From an uncultured virus (IMG/VR IMGVR_UViG_3300020191_000954) (taxonomy: Duplodnaviria > Heunggongvirae > Uroviricota > Caudoviricetes): 59,854 nucleotides of DNA. The stretch lies in IMG/VR virus record IMGVR_UViG_3300020191_000954, one strand, 5' to 3'. The stretch's first letter is position 1. Each line of letters opens with the position of its first letter. The position numbers and the translations under genes were made by a program. The notes under the pieces were generated by a model. That model did not search any database, had not been told where the DNA came from, and was given only the letters and a program-made list of their open reading frames with translations. Positions 36,679 through 49,300 of this stretch are shown here, in pieces.

Positions 36679-37293
36679 TTAAACCTCGTTAAAACCTGTT
36701 AAACTCTGTACTCTAACAGTATAATCAATTTGAATTAATCTGTTTAGTGATTTTTGTACAGGGTGGAAAATTACGTGTGTTAGCAATCGGCCTGTTCCGC
36801 TAGTTGCATAACTTACAAGTCCTAGTTCATCAAATACATATAAGCTGTCGTTAGCTGTTGCATTATCAAGAGCATCTTGCCCATTTGGCTCACCATAGTC
36901 AAGTAAACAAGTTGCTACAATATCTGTGTAGTTTGTTCCGCTTACGTGTCTAGTTTCTAATTTGTTTCTAGTAGGATCAACGTTATTAACATTATTATTA
37001 TCAATAACTTTAGCATATGTTTGATTGTACAAACTAGCATTAGTTCCTGTTGAGTTTGGTGACAAGTATGTAATAATACCTGTTGGATCAACGTTAGTAC
37101 CGCCGTTACCAAATGCCATCTGGTACACCATTCCCTGTCCTTGATTAGATAAACTTTCCGCTAATGAAATACTCATGTTCTCGTAGTGAATAGCATTACG
37201 CTTGTCCACCAAGATTTCACCAGTCTCTGGATTGTGTATCTTGATGTGCCCTTGCAAAAGAACACCTTGTTTATCATTAAATTTGTCTGTCAT
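36679..37293 (-). CDS. Baseplate/tail-fibre attachment-type structural protein
   Basis: 204 aa, 'LVDKRNAI...MAFGNGG...FDELGL...LLTHVIFHPVQKS...IDYTVR', located between the giant baseplate protein and the fibres. Confidence 0.5.
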   Translation of the reverse strand: MTDKFNDKQGVLLQGHIKIHNPETGEILVDKRNAIHYENMSISLAESLSNQGQGMVYQMAFGNGGTNVDPTGIITYLSPNSTGTNASLYNQTYAKVIDNNNVNNVDPTRNKLETRHVSGTNYTDIVATCLLDYGEPNGQDALDNATANDSLYVFDELGLVSYATSGTGRLLTHVIFHPVQKSLNRLIQIDYTVRVQSLTGFNEV

Positions 37294-37311
37294 TATTATT
37301 TCCTACAAGTG

Positions 37312-37318
37312 TATTTAT
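37312..37318 (-). promoter_or_regulatory. Putative late promoter core (ATAAATA)
   Basis: Minus strand AATAAATACACTTGTAGGAAATAATAATG, overlapping the stop codon of the giant ORF. Confidence 0.5.
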
Positions 37319-40300
37319 TTAGGTAACGCCGCCTCTGTTGTTCTTAAGAACCTTGCAATGTCATTTTCCTGCCTATGTAAAGGAATTCCACTGTCAGTCC
37401 AAGGTCTACCAATGCGTCTAACCACCACTATCTTGGTATTAATAGGTGGTGTTTCAGCTAATACAACAGTTGAAGTTACTCCATCGACACTAAACTCCGC
37501 AGGCATAACAATATCTGCCTCTGGACTGTCTAAATCAACAGTTGGATCATATGTATTTATTGCATTTTTACGAAGGCGCTTACCAGCAACAAATATTTCA
37601 AATTCATGTACTGATTTTGGAATAAAGTCTACTACAATGCTACTAGTTGAGCCATCTGCTGTAAATGTTTGCTGAAGTGTTCTATCTTGGTATGGAACAG
37701 TTTGCTTGTTACTCTGATCTATTAGTTCAGTTCCTTTAGCATGTACTGTTGCAATACCAGTTCCTAGTGTACCTCTACGTAATTGTCTAAGTACTCCGCC
37801 TTCTTTTAAGTAATATTCAATACGTTCTCCGTTAATAAACACAATACCTGGAATACTACGTTCTTTATTTGGGAACGGTAGTAAATCAGCATTGCTAACT
37901 TTGATACTTGTATCATAATAGTTTAAATCTTCAGCTAAGAAGTAACGTACTTCGTCACCTAAACGCTTGAAGTGAGTTCTATTAAGCATATCTTTAAACT
38001 GACTAAATCCAAATTTAGGAATTATAGTGCTATTACTAAAGTGTATTACTTCTAATTCGTCGTTTGCATCAATATCAATTGACACTTTAACAGTTACGTT
38101 ATCTTCTAATAGTGCATATTCAACATTTGGACTTAATAGTGTACCGTTTTTAGTTAACCATACATACTGAGTATCAATTGCCGGCGTTCTTAATTTAATA
38201 AATCCGTTTGCTAACTGATTATACTCTGAATATTCTGGAGTACCTATTGTTACTGTTGATCTTGCAACAACATCTAAATTTATTCTTTCAATTTTTGCAA
38301 CATCGTGATTACTAAACTGATAAACTGTTATTTTTTCTCCACTCATTGGTGCAGTTGTTAGATAAAGTGTATTTGGTGTTTCAACCCAGAATCCGTTATT
38401 ATCAAATTGCCCAAAGTCATATTCACCGTCACCGAGTAAGTAAACATCTAAAATGTCTCCATTTTCTCCAATACCAGGAAATAATTCAACGCTTGAATTA
38501 AATCTATTCCAAATGTATCCTGTTGACTGATCAAGTTCTACAGAGTTTAAAAATACTTTAATTTTTTCTGCTGGAATTTGTGCAAGTCCAACTTGCCAAT
38601 CACGTAATTTATATTCTCTAACTGCTGAAACTACATACTGTTGATTGTATCCTGGTGTAAGTATCTTATTACCCACTTTAACAACTACACTAGTTGCTAA
38701 TGGACGTTGTGTAAACGGAGCAGTAGTAAGATTAAATATTTGGTTTGAACCTGTGCCTGTAAATTCTTCTACAGATATTTGTGAGAACGACTTAGCTGAA
38801 CTATCGTAAATAACATACTGAATAAGTTTTCCTGGTAATGGTGCAACTGGTAATCTAAGTAGTACTTGTCCTGATGTTTCATATGTTGAATCTGTTTCTG
38901 CAAGTACAGCGTCAATTGGTTCGCCATCTTGTGTAATAAACAAACTTAGTCCTTGTTTAAATTTAACTGAAGTAACAAATACTGATGTTGATCCATCACC
39001 TGTAAACGTATCAGCATCTAAAATATTTTCACCATTTGCTGACATTGTAATAATATTAACAGGATTGCCTGCTACTATTGCAACACTTGGATCTAGTTGT
39101 AATGTTTTTTCTTGATAATTTACTGTAAACTTAGAACTATCTAAAATTGTTCCATTAGCTTTAACAAATATATCTTTATTACTTGCTGGTACTCTATCAA
39201 GTTTAAATGTATTACTTGCTTCGTAAATATAATTGTAGTTATTAATAATACTTGATCCATCATTAATTCTATCATACACTTTAATGTTTACACTATCAAG
39301 TAATTGTCCTGGTACTAATTCTTCTGGTCCTTTTGATGTTAAAGGAGTTACAAATCCGTCACCGTCTACAACAATTTCTTCTGCATTAATACCTTTTGCT
39401 GTTTCATACGCCATATTGCCGCCTTGAATCATTGTGTCGTATGCATCAGCGTCTGGTAAGAAACTACCATCACTTGTTGATTTTCTAATAACAATTACAT
39501 CATTAGTATTAGTTGTAATTTTATCGTTGTCAATAGCAAATGTATCTGTGACACCGTCACCTACAAGTGAAAGCATTACAGCATTTGGATTGCCTGGAAC
39601 TGTTGATCCGTCATATTCTGGATCATCAATTCTAATACCATTTTTATATACATTATATGTTACACCGTTAGCTAATGGAGCTGATAGTGTTAATACTTGT
39701 GTACTTCCATCTAATTGGAAGATCTCATCTTCGTATGTTGCATCGTATGAATCCCAAGTAGTTGTATAGTATGGTTCGTTACCATAACCTGTACCAGTAT
39801 TAAATGCAAAACTCTTAACTTGCACTCCACCGTAATCGATACCGTCCATTAACTGTGAAATATCGTTACCTAGCTGTCCTGTTGTTGGATTGTAGAACAA
39901 GTTAATTCTGTCTTGTGCTTGTAGCATTGATACATCTTTTTTGTATGTAACAACAATAACTGCATTATTAGCTGGAGGATTATCAAAGATAATACGACCT
40001 TTGTATCTTGTATAAGATTTATCAGTGTATTCAGTATTAGTAACAGAATAGTTTCCTTGTAATTCTTCAATGCCGTCAACTGTAATAGTAACTTGGTTAC
40101 GTCTTACGTCCATTGGCCATTTAACATCAAATCTTGTTAAACTATTATTACCAGTAAATGTTTGTGTTTCTGCTAGTGTTGTAATTAAGAATGTTCCTGA
40201 TACACGGTCAAACTTGCTACGCAAGTGCATAGCTCTAATTTTACTATTACCTAGTTGTGCTGATGCTTTAGCAATTCTGCTTTCGTTAACAGTTGATAAA

Positions 40301-43300
40301 CTACCTTCAATTTCTATATCAGGTGCTGACAAATACCCGCTTCCAGGATTTGTAACTTCAATGTTTACAATACTTCCGCCTGATCCTAGTTTAGCAAGTG
40401 CTTTAGCACCAGTGCCGCCACCGCCAACAAATTTAATAATAGGAATTTCTGTGTAACCTAATCCTTTATCACTAATACTACAACTAGTAACTTCAAAGCC
40501 AACATTGTCTACCCAATGTTTGTTTGGATAAGAATCTAATAATACATCTTGTCCGTAAATTAAATTATCTTTAACTTTAACAGAAGCTGGTTCAATTTTC
40601 TGTGTATCTTCATTATACTGTGGAGCAAAGTCAAAGTCACTAATACTACTTGAGGTTGAATCTGTTTTAGTGTAGTTACTTAAATATTCTCTAATTTTTG
40701 TTTTAAAAGGTTTAGTTTCTTTAACAAAATCTTCATAACTTGGTAAGCTATCATTTTGGAATGTAACTTTTTGTTGTAATTCACCAGCATTGTGTTTTGC
40801 TTTAATGAAGCTAGTTTTAAATGCCCAGTCAACAAATGGCTGTTCTGCAAATGCATATCTAATACTTGCAAGGAATAACTGATTGTATTCTACTTCTAAA
40901 GCATCAACAAAAATATCGTCTCTAAGTGCTTTTAAGATAATACGTAATTCTCTAGTTGGTTGGTTATCATAAAAACTAGTATCGTAACTTAATCCATCAA
41001 ATCCAACATAACTAATTGCAAAGTTATATAACGACTCTTTAAACTTAATAGTTCCGTTTTCTCTACCAATTGTTCTATAGTTACTTGTATAGTCACTTGC
41101 TTCTTCATTACTAATTTTTTCTAGTAGTAACCATCCGCCTGCACCAATGTTTTTAATTTTTACAATATCACCAAGTGTGTCATCTAATGAAGTTAGTAAG
41201 TAACTTTGTTCAATTATGTAATCAACTTCTGTAAACTTACTGTATCCTGATGCATACCAGTCAATGTAATCCCACCAAGCACTTACATCGTATGATTGAG
41301 TAGAAGTTCTTTGATATTGTTCGCTGGCAGTATTATACTCAAAGATTGACCATTTATTGCCTACATTCTCGTCACTCTTAACAAGTACACTAAACAATCT
41401 TACTGCTAAGTTTGTATTAGTAGAATAGTTTTTGCCAGGATTTCTAACTGTTACACTAGCAATTCCCCCACTATTATTAAGTGTTAAAATAACTTGTGCA
41501 TCTACGCCATCGCCAACTTGTTCAAACTCGTAAGTAGGAACAGTAATATATCCTGATCCTGGATTTGTAATATCAACTCTAATTAATTTTCCTTCTTCAA
41601 AGATTGGAGTTAATGTTGCTGGTTTAACTTTTGAAATATTAACAAAACTAATTTCTGAATAAGTGTCAATTTCTACATCGTACTTAGAACTAATAAGATC
41701 CGGAGCTGGGTCTTTTGAAAGTAGTTGGTCAAAGTTATATTCGTCAACAATTAATTGTTCAGCTAATACTCTGTTAGTGCGTTCAATTACTTGTTTTAGA
41801 GCTTCAATATTATTTTTAAACATAGACTGTCTAGGTCTATTTAAAATTCCATATTTTTGTTTAAACGCTAATGCTGGATCCGGAACTGGTCTATTATAAA
41901 CATCAACACCAACTAAACTATCAACCCATTTCTGTTCTAAGTCTTTTTTAGGTTTACTAGTTGGTAATCCGTCACTTATAATTTGATATTGATTGTGTGA
42001 ATTAATATCTTGGTTTTTAATTGTCCAGTATCTAAAGTTAATTGCTTTTTTATCTTCTTCGACTAACCCAGTACAGTTATACAATCCAAATCTGTTATTA
42101 CCATAAATTGCAACAAACTTATAACCCTGTGCCGCTGGATCTTCAATCAACTGTGCTACATCGTATGCACTTGATTTTCTGTTTTCTAAGTTTGGAATAA
42201 TTTTAGTATTCTTAACCCAATAGTAGTATCTATTATAAAACTTAGAACTTGCATTATTAAACAATCTTTTAGTTACAAAAGTGTTTGTTCCGTATTTAGG
42301 AGTTCCACTTATACCTCTTGATAGGCCTTCTTCAGTATCTGCAAGTGCCAACCATTGTGTTGGAGTTAAAGTAGATTCAACCCATTCGTAAACATCTACA
42401 CTAGCACCTACCATTAATTTATTAAAGTTAGCTGTGTTATAAATGATATTACTTTGATATGGCTCTATCCATTGTACTGTACTAATATCCCACCATAGTT
42501 TTCCTACGTGTTCATCGGCCCAATAGTTTTCTGTATCTACGTTTACAGTTGTTTGATCACTTGTAGTATAAGTTGCAGGATCAAACGGTGTTGTAAATGC
42601 TAGTTCTTCTTCAGCTGGTCCAGCAATTTTTCCTTGGATTGCATCAATATAATCTAGTTGAGTTGAAGTGCCACTACCGTCTTTGTTGTAAATAAACACA
42701 CCTTTAAATTTACTTAAATTAACTTGTTTAGTTGGATTTCTATATCCCGACCATGGAAGTTCATTACGTTGACGTTTGTAATCAACCACTGTACCAATAA
42801 AGTTATTACCTGTGTTTGATGAACTTAGTTCTGGCATTGACACATAAATGTGGTTAGATGACGCATGGATAAATTCTCCAAAGCGTTCAACATTACTGTT
42901 GTTAAATGTTAATTTTTCTGCATATAATAAGTATCCGCCAATATATTGATAAACAAATACTTCTCCTGAATCTAAGTTTTCTTTACTAAACTGTGTTAAG
43001 TTGTTATCAAATGTAGTTTCAGATGCTAGATCCGATTCTTTATTATTAACATATTGTGCTGTAACTAGTGTACTATCATCTAAGTATGTTTGTGGTTGCG
43101 GTTCCATTGGAACTTCATATCTATCAAACGAAGTATTGTCAACTAAATTACCACCTTGTGATGATACCATTAGTTCATTACCTGAAAAGTCAACTGTTTG
43201 GCCAAAGCGTTCTGCTACTGAACTATCAGGGCTGAATAACGACTGGAATTCTTCAAAGATTCCTTCATTATTTTTATATAGATAAACCTTTCCGTTATCA

Positions 43301-46300
43301 TTTGATACACTATCATCAAGTGGTGCACCAACTGCTAGTAACTCGCCGTCGTCGGATAGCGAAATTGCTGAAGCATATTTTGTAGATGTTACCGGAGTGT
43401 TAATAACTTGAGTGTATTCGAAATGTCCGTTTTCAAATCTATAAATTGCAATTTTAGGACTTGCATTTTCAAAGTCTGCAACAGTTGCTAATACTCTACC
43501 ATTTTTACTTACTGTAAACGGATGTGCAAAGTTATACAATGTGCCACCGTCATTATCAAACGTACTGTCACCATCTGGTTGATAGCCGCTAGTGTTTGGA
43601 ACATGTCCTAAGAAATCTGTGTGCAATGGAAGTAATTTCCAACTTGCTGAAAATGCTGATGCAACTTGATTAGTTATGCTTTGATAAAACTGATTATTAT
43701 AAAGTACAATGTCATTAGTGTAATATGGAGAAGCATCACTAAATACTCCTTTATATAAAGGATCACGTGTAACTTGCCATTCATATTCACCAAGTTCGTC
43801 AGATCCGTTTTTAATAAAATGTATTCTTCCTGGATTTGAACCTGTTCCGTCACCTGGAGCACTTACAAATAATGTATATAAATTATTGTGTTTAGTTACT
43901 TCAAGTTGTGTACCTAAGTTTTTATTATCGCCTCTTAGTAAATTTGTATATCCACGTTGTAAGCTATACTCTCCGCTACCTGTTTTATTATAAACAAAGT
44001 ATGCTCCTTCATTGCTGTATGAACTTGCAATTCCGTCTGCTGGATCAATTGGTATATTAAGTATTTGTGTATATTCTTTGTTAAGCGGAGATGGAATATT
44101 TGCAGGACGAGATGCGCCAAGTATTGTTTGTTGTTTATAAAACTGGAACTCAATTTCATTTTTAAATGACGGACTTTGTACTTGTAGTAATGTACTGTCG
44201 TTATTTCTAACAATAATATACTTTCCTGAATAACTGGTTGTTAAATCAGTTGATTCCATTCTTCCTGTTAATCTGTTGAACCCTTGTCCTTGCCAGTTAC
44301 TAATATATAAATCACCCGTAGCACCATGTAGATTGCCGTAACTAAATGTGCCTGTTAAATTTTTAACAAATACTCTTGCACCAAGTAATGATTCTTGTAC
44401 ATACACTACTTCTGCATAAGCACCAGTAAACGGTTCTGTTACTATATCTCCTTCAACAGGCACGTATGGTACTTGCACCGGAGGAGGTGTAAAATTAGTA
44501 AACGTAATATCAATGTATCCGTCCCATAAATCATAAACAACGTGTGGTTGATTTAAATAATTAACCGATAGTCCTAATACTGACGGATCATAAATTGTGT
44601 TCAAACTATCTTTAATTTGATTTATGGACATTTGGAATGTGTCAGCTACATTAAGTCCATCTGTAATAGTTTTAGGAGATCTAATAAACCAATACGGCTC
44701 TGTAACAGGAAGTCCAAGTTTATCGTAATGGCTTAGTATTCCTATTTTTCCGCCTCTAGTTGGATTTCCTAAATCTTGGTTAAATGCATAAACATCATCC
44801 ATTGTATTTGCTGTAATCTCTGCTGAACGACTTTCTGATGCTAGTACAATATCACCAATAACGATATTTGGAATTGTAATTTCTTTTTCTGTAGTTGTAA
44901 AACTAGAAATGCCGTCAATTCTCCACCAGCCGCCAAATGCCGAACTAGGATTAGTAAATTCAACAGCTTCATATGTTCCCATACTAACACTATTTGTTAT
45001 TAAGGTTCCTGATGACTCAAACTCACCATTAACATCAGTCATATAAAGCATTGCTGAACTAACATTGCTTATAATAATATCTTGTACTGTACCAATAGCA
45101 GTATCAGTTGACACAATGTCTCCTACTGCTGGTATTCTTAATATATTTTCAACAAACAGAATTGCGTCAATTTTAGATGCAATAGGTTTGAGTCCTTCAA
45201 AACTTGCAACACCTGGTCCGTTAACGCCAAATGGTAAAATGCCAGTTGGATAATTTTGAGAATATTGATTCCATTGTAAACTAATTTTATCGCCTGCCAA
45301 TGATCCTGTATATTGATTAAGTGGTGCTCTAACTAAAATATGATCTGTTGCACCGTCAAAGCTATAGCGGCCGCGGATTGCATATACAGTCTCTGGATAT
45401 GCTCCGTCTTTAAAAGTTGGTACTGCAACATCATGTGATGCATAATAACTGTTAAAACTAAATGCGCCTGATGCCGCAGAAATATCGTAGTTTGCCTTCC
45501 ATATTCCTTGTTGGTAGGACACAATGTCGCCTGCTGTATAATTTTCACTATTTGAAAACGGACCTTTGTATAATGTTTTAACATTACTTGCTTGAGGTGC
45601 TCCAATTATTAAAAATTCACCATCTTCGGATATAGCGACTGACTTACCAAAGTTACCGTTGCCGGCATAATAAAGCGATCCAGGAGCTTCAATAGTTTGT
45701 AAATGATTGAAGTCAACTGTATCTGTAGTTCTGCCAAATAAGTATACTTCATTATTTCCTGGTGTTGCTATTGCAAGTGTTGTATTTCTACTGTCAGCGG
45801 CAATTACTTTTCCAAACTCTACACTTGAATCACTAGTTTTAACATTTGATATTGTTTGTTGTTGTACATGCACTGGATCATTTTTTAATACTAGCCAGTT
45901 ATTGTCAATATCTTTATCAATCCAAATAGTTTCGCCAACTTTTAAATCATTGTTATAGTCTGATAGTAATAAATTTGCAGTATCAAACCCAGCTGTTCTA
46001 TTAGAATTAAACTTAGTAACAAAACCATTAACAAGTTCAGCATCTTCAGTTTCGCCGTTTGGATAACAAATTAAAGTATCAAGTTCGTTACGTTTGACTC
46101 TATAGAATTTTTCTGCTCCAGCAACATCAACTACACCGACAATTTCGTCAACTGTGTATTTTGACTGCCTACTAAGTGTTAAGACTAATTCTTCTACTCC
46201 AGTTACTGATGATGTTTGGACAGCTAAAACTCTGTCATTAGTTCTAATATATTTTAAAACGTCCCATTCAATTCCTCTTTTTCCAATCCAAACATAATCT

Positions 46301-49300
46301 CCAACATTAAGTGCAGTTATTGACTGTGTTAATAAATCGTCATAGGTTGCTATAGACAATGTTACATCTTCAGGGTTAACATAACCTGCTGTTGGTAATA
46401 AGTTTTGTTGAATGTCGTTAGTTGGAAACGGTTTATGATTATAGCCTAATGGTTTTAAATAAGTTTCAAATGGTCGAATTCTATAAATTAGATCAGTTTC
46501 GTTACCTGAAATTGTATCTACTAATTCAACTGGTTGAGGACTTAATCTAAATTGTGATTCATCTAAAGTAAATTCAACTTCGTCAAACGCTGTTGACGAC
46601 CCATACTGGCCTAATCTAAATGCCCATTCTTCATAAAAGTCTAAGCTATCTGCATCTGTATTAGACAATGCATCAAACAATTTAGTTAAGCTATTTTTTG
46701 TACCTTTATCTTGAATAAAGCCTTGATAAAACTTATATTGACTAACATCGTCATTAATAATATTTTCTAAATACTTACGCTTTTGATATCCAATTAAGTG
46801 TTGTGCTAATTTCTGTTGTTCACTATCAAAATTATCTGTATCAAGATCATAAAAATCACCAAACTGTTTTGCTTTATAATCCAAGTTTGCTTTTAATCCT
46901 GCTTCAGGACGTACTTCTAATTTTTCCCATTCAGTATTATTAAACACATTAGTTCCTGGGATTTTTACCTTTGCAACATAATAGAATTCTTTATACTTGA
47001 CAGTATCAGCAACAGCATAATCTGTCCATGGTTCCCAAACTGTAGTCTTAGCACTATCATAAATAAATCCTGGAATATTAAATCCGCCTGTCCAGGCATC
47101 AGTTCGATATCCCATAACTTTTAATCTTGCTTGTCGATAGCCAGGTGCTTGATCATAAATTACATCTTTAAATACTGTTGTATTATCAAGTATCACTACA
47201 TGCTCTTTTTGTACTAGCGGAATACTAACATTATAGATTCCATCAGCAGTATTTCTAGTTTGTAAAGTAAACTCGTTATCTTTATCTCTAGCAACTCTTG
47301 CATATTCAGGAATTAATTTTTTACCATCAGCTTTTAATAAGCTATAATCATAAAATGTATCAAAAATATTGTCTACTACATTATATTCTCTAGAAAACTT
47401 TAATTCATTTGCGCCAGGACTTAAAGTAATAACACTATCATTGGCCCAACCTTGCGTTGTCCAGAATAAAAATTCTTTAGCACTTACTCTCCAGTTTTCT
47501 ACATCTCCAATTGATTCGTTAAACTTATTAAAACTAAACCCGCGGCTTTCTAAATACTTGCCATATCCTAATAAAAAGTCAACTACTTCTTGGATTGTTC
47601 TATACATAGTACCGTATGCAAGTTCAGCTGGTTCTCTAATTAATTCAGTATTAAAGTTACGTCTAAAGAATGCACTACGGCCGCCCTTAACTGGAAGAGT
47701 TACTAGCTTTTGATAATTTGATTGCTCAAATGTTGTATCTGTTATATGATCACCTTTGGCAACATAAAATTCATTATTAAACTGAATTATTGCTCCGTCA
47801 GTATATCGTTGGTTTTCAGACCATATTACAAAGTCTTCACTTATTCCACCTACTGTAACAACAGGATCGTCTGCTTTTGGAGTTGGCGTAAACCATTTAA
47901 AGTATGGATTAACTTTATCGTATCCTCTAAGAACAAACCCTTCAGGTTTCTTTTCAATAATTACACCACTATACGATACAAGCTCAGTAACAGAACTTGT
48001 GTTTAAGAAAATTTGATAATTTTCTTCTGGTACAAAAACATTACCTTCATTGTACGGTGTTCTTGAATCAAGTATTAATTTAAATTTACTTTTCTCAGTG
48101 AAGCCGCCAATTTTAATTCCTAATTTATTGTCAATAGCTTTTACATTTGCTTGATAATTGGAATACACATTGATGTCTTTACTATTCAAATAGTTTGCAA
48201 TTAAGTTTACTAGTCCACATGTGTTTACTCGGGTTTCGTCATTAGTAGTATTAGGAAATACTAAATCTTCTAATCTTAAACGTTTTCCTGTTGTACTATA
48301 AACAATAGTACCAGAACTATCTCTAATGATTCTACTTCTATCCCATCCAAGCCCTAATACTTTACTAGGCTGATTTAAGATTAAGGAAATTAATAATGCA
48401 AAAGGATATTCGCTACTTTTCCTCCAAGCTGACTCTGTTGGACCTTCGTCACCAAATTTAAATGGGTTCTTAGTATTACCTAATACAAATTCTTGGGCAT
48501 AGTTAGAATCAACCGGGCTTAGTAGTTGTCCTGCATCATCAACTGGTATCCATTTTGTAAGATTAGGTCTTTTATATTTTTTCAAATACTTTGCTGGAGC
48601 TCCTGGCTCTCTTGCAATTCCATCTTCAAGGTCTTGCCATAACAATATGTTTTCGCTAGTATAAGGAGCCGCACCGTATTGTGTTTCCCACCAAGTTGGT
48701 TTTACACTATATCCTAACATTTCCCAAGGATGTGTATGCGGGCGGTCTGTGTCAAACGCTTGTTTGTAAACTGCTCTCCAGTATCCTAAGTTCTTTGTTC
48801 CGGCACCATTATTTGTTGCACTATAGTTGTATGTAAAAGTATTAGTTGGTTCATAAAAAGAATAATCTGTGTAATCTACATTACCTATAACTGACAACCA
48901 ATCAATAAATTCTGCAATCATTCCTTTATCAAGAGCCCATTTAGGAATAGAAGTATCTCTAAATGATCCTCCAACAAAGTCATGTATATCAAATAATGTT
49001 GGATCGTATTTTACTTTTAAGTTATTATAAATTCTTGTTTCTAATTCAAGTAATAAATCATCTCTAAAGTCGTCATAAGCTACAAATATACTTCCGTCGT
49101 GTCCTCTAATTACGTTTTGATCAACACCATATGTGTTGTCTACAAACTTAACAGGAATGTACGCAGGATATAATCCTAACTTAGTTGGAGTTTCAGGAAT
49201 ATATGATCCATCTGTATTTTCGTATTCGTATATTGTAATAATATCATTTATAGTATTATCTGCTAAAAATTTTACAAAGCCTTCAAATCCTGTTTCAAAG

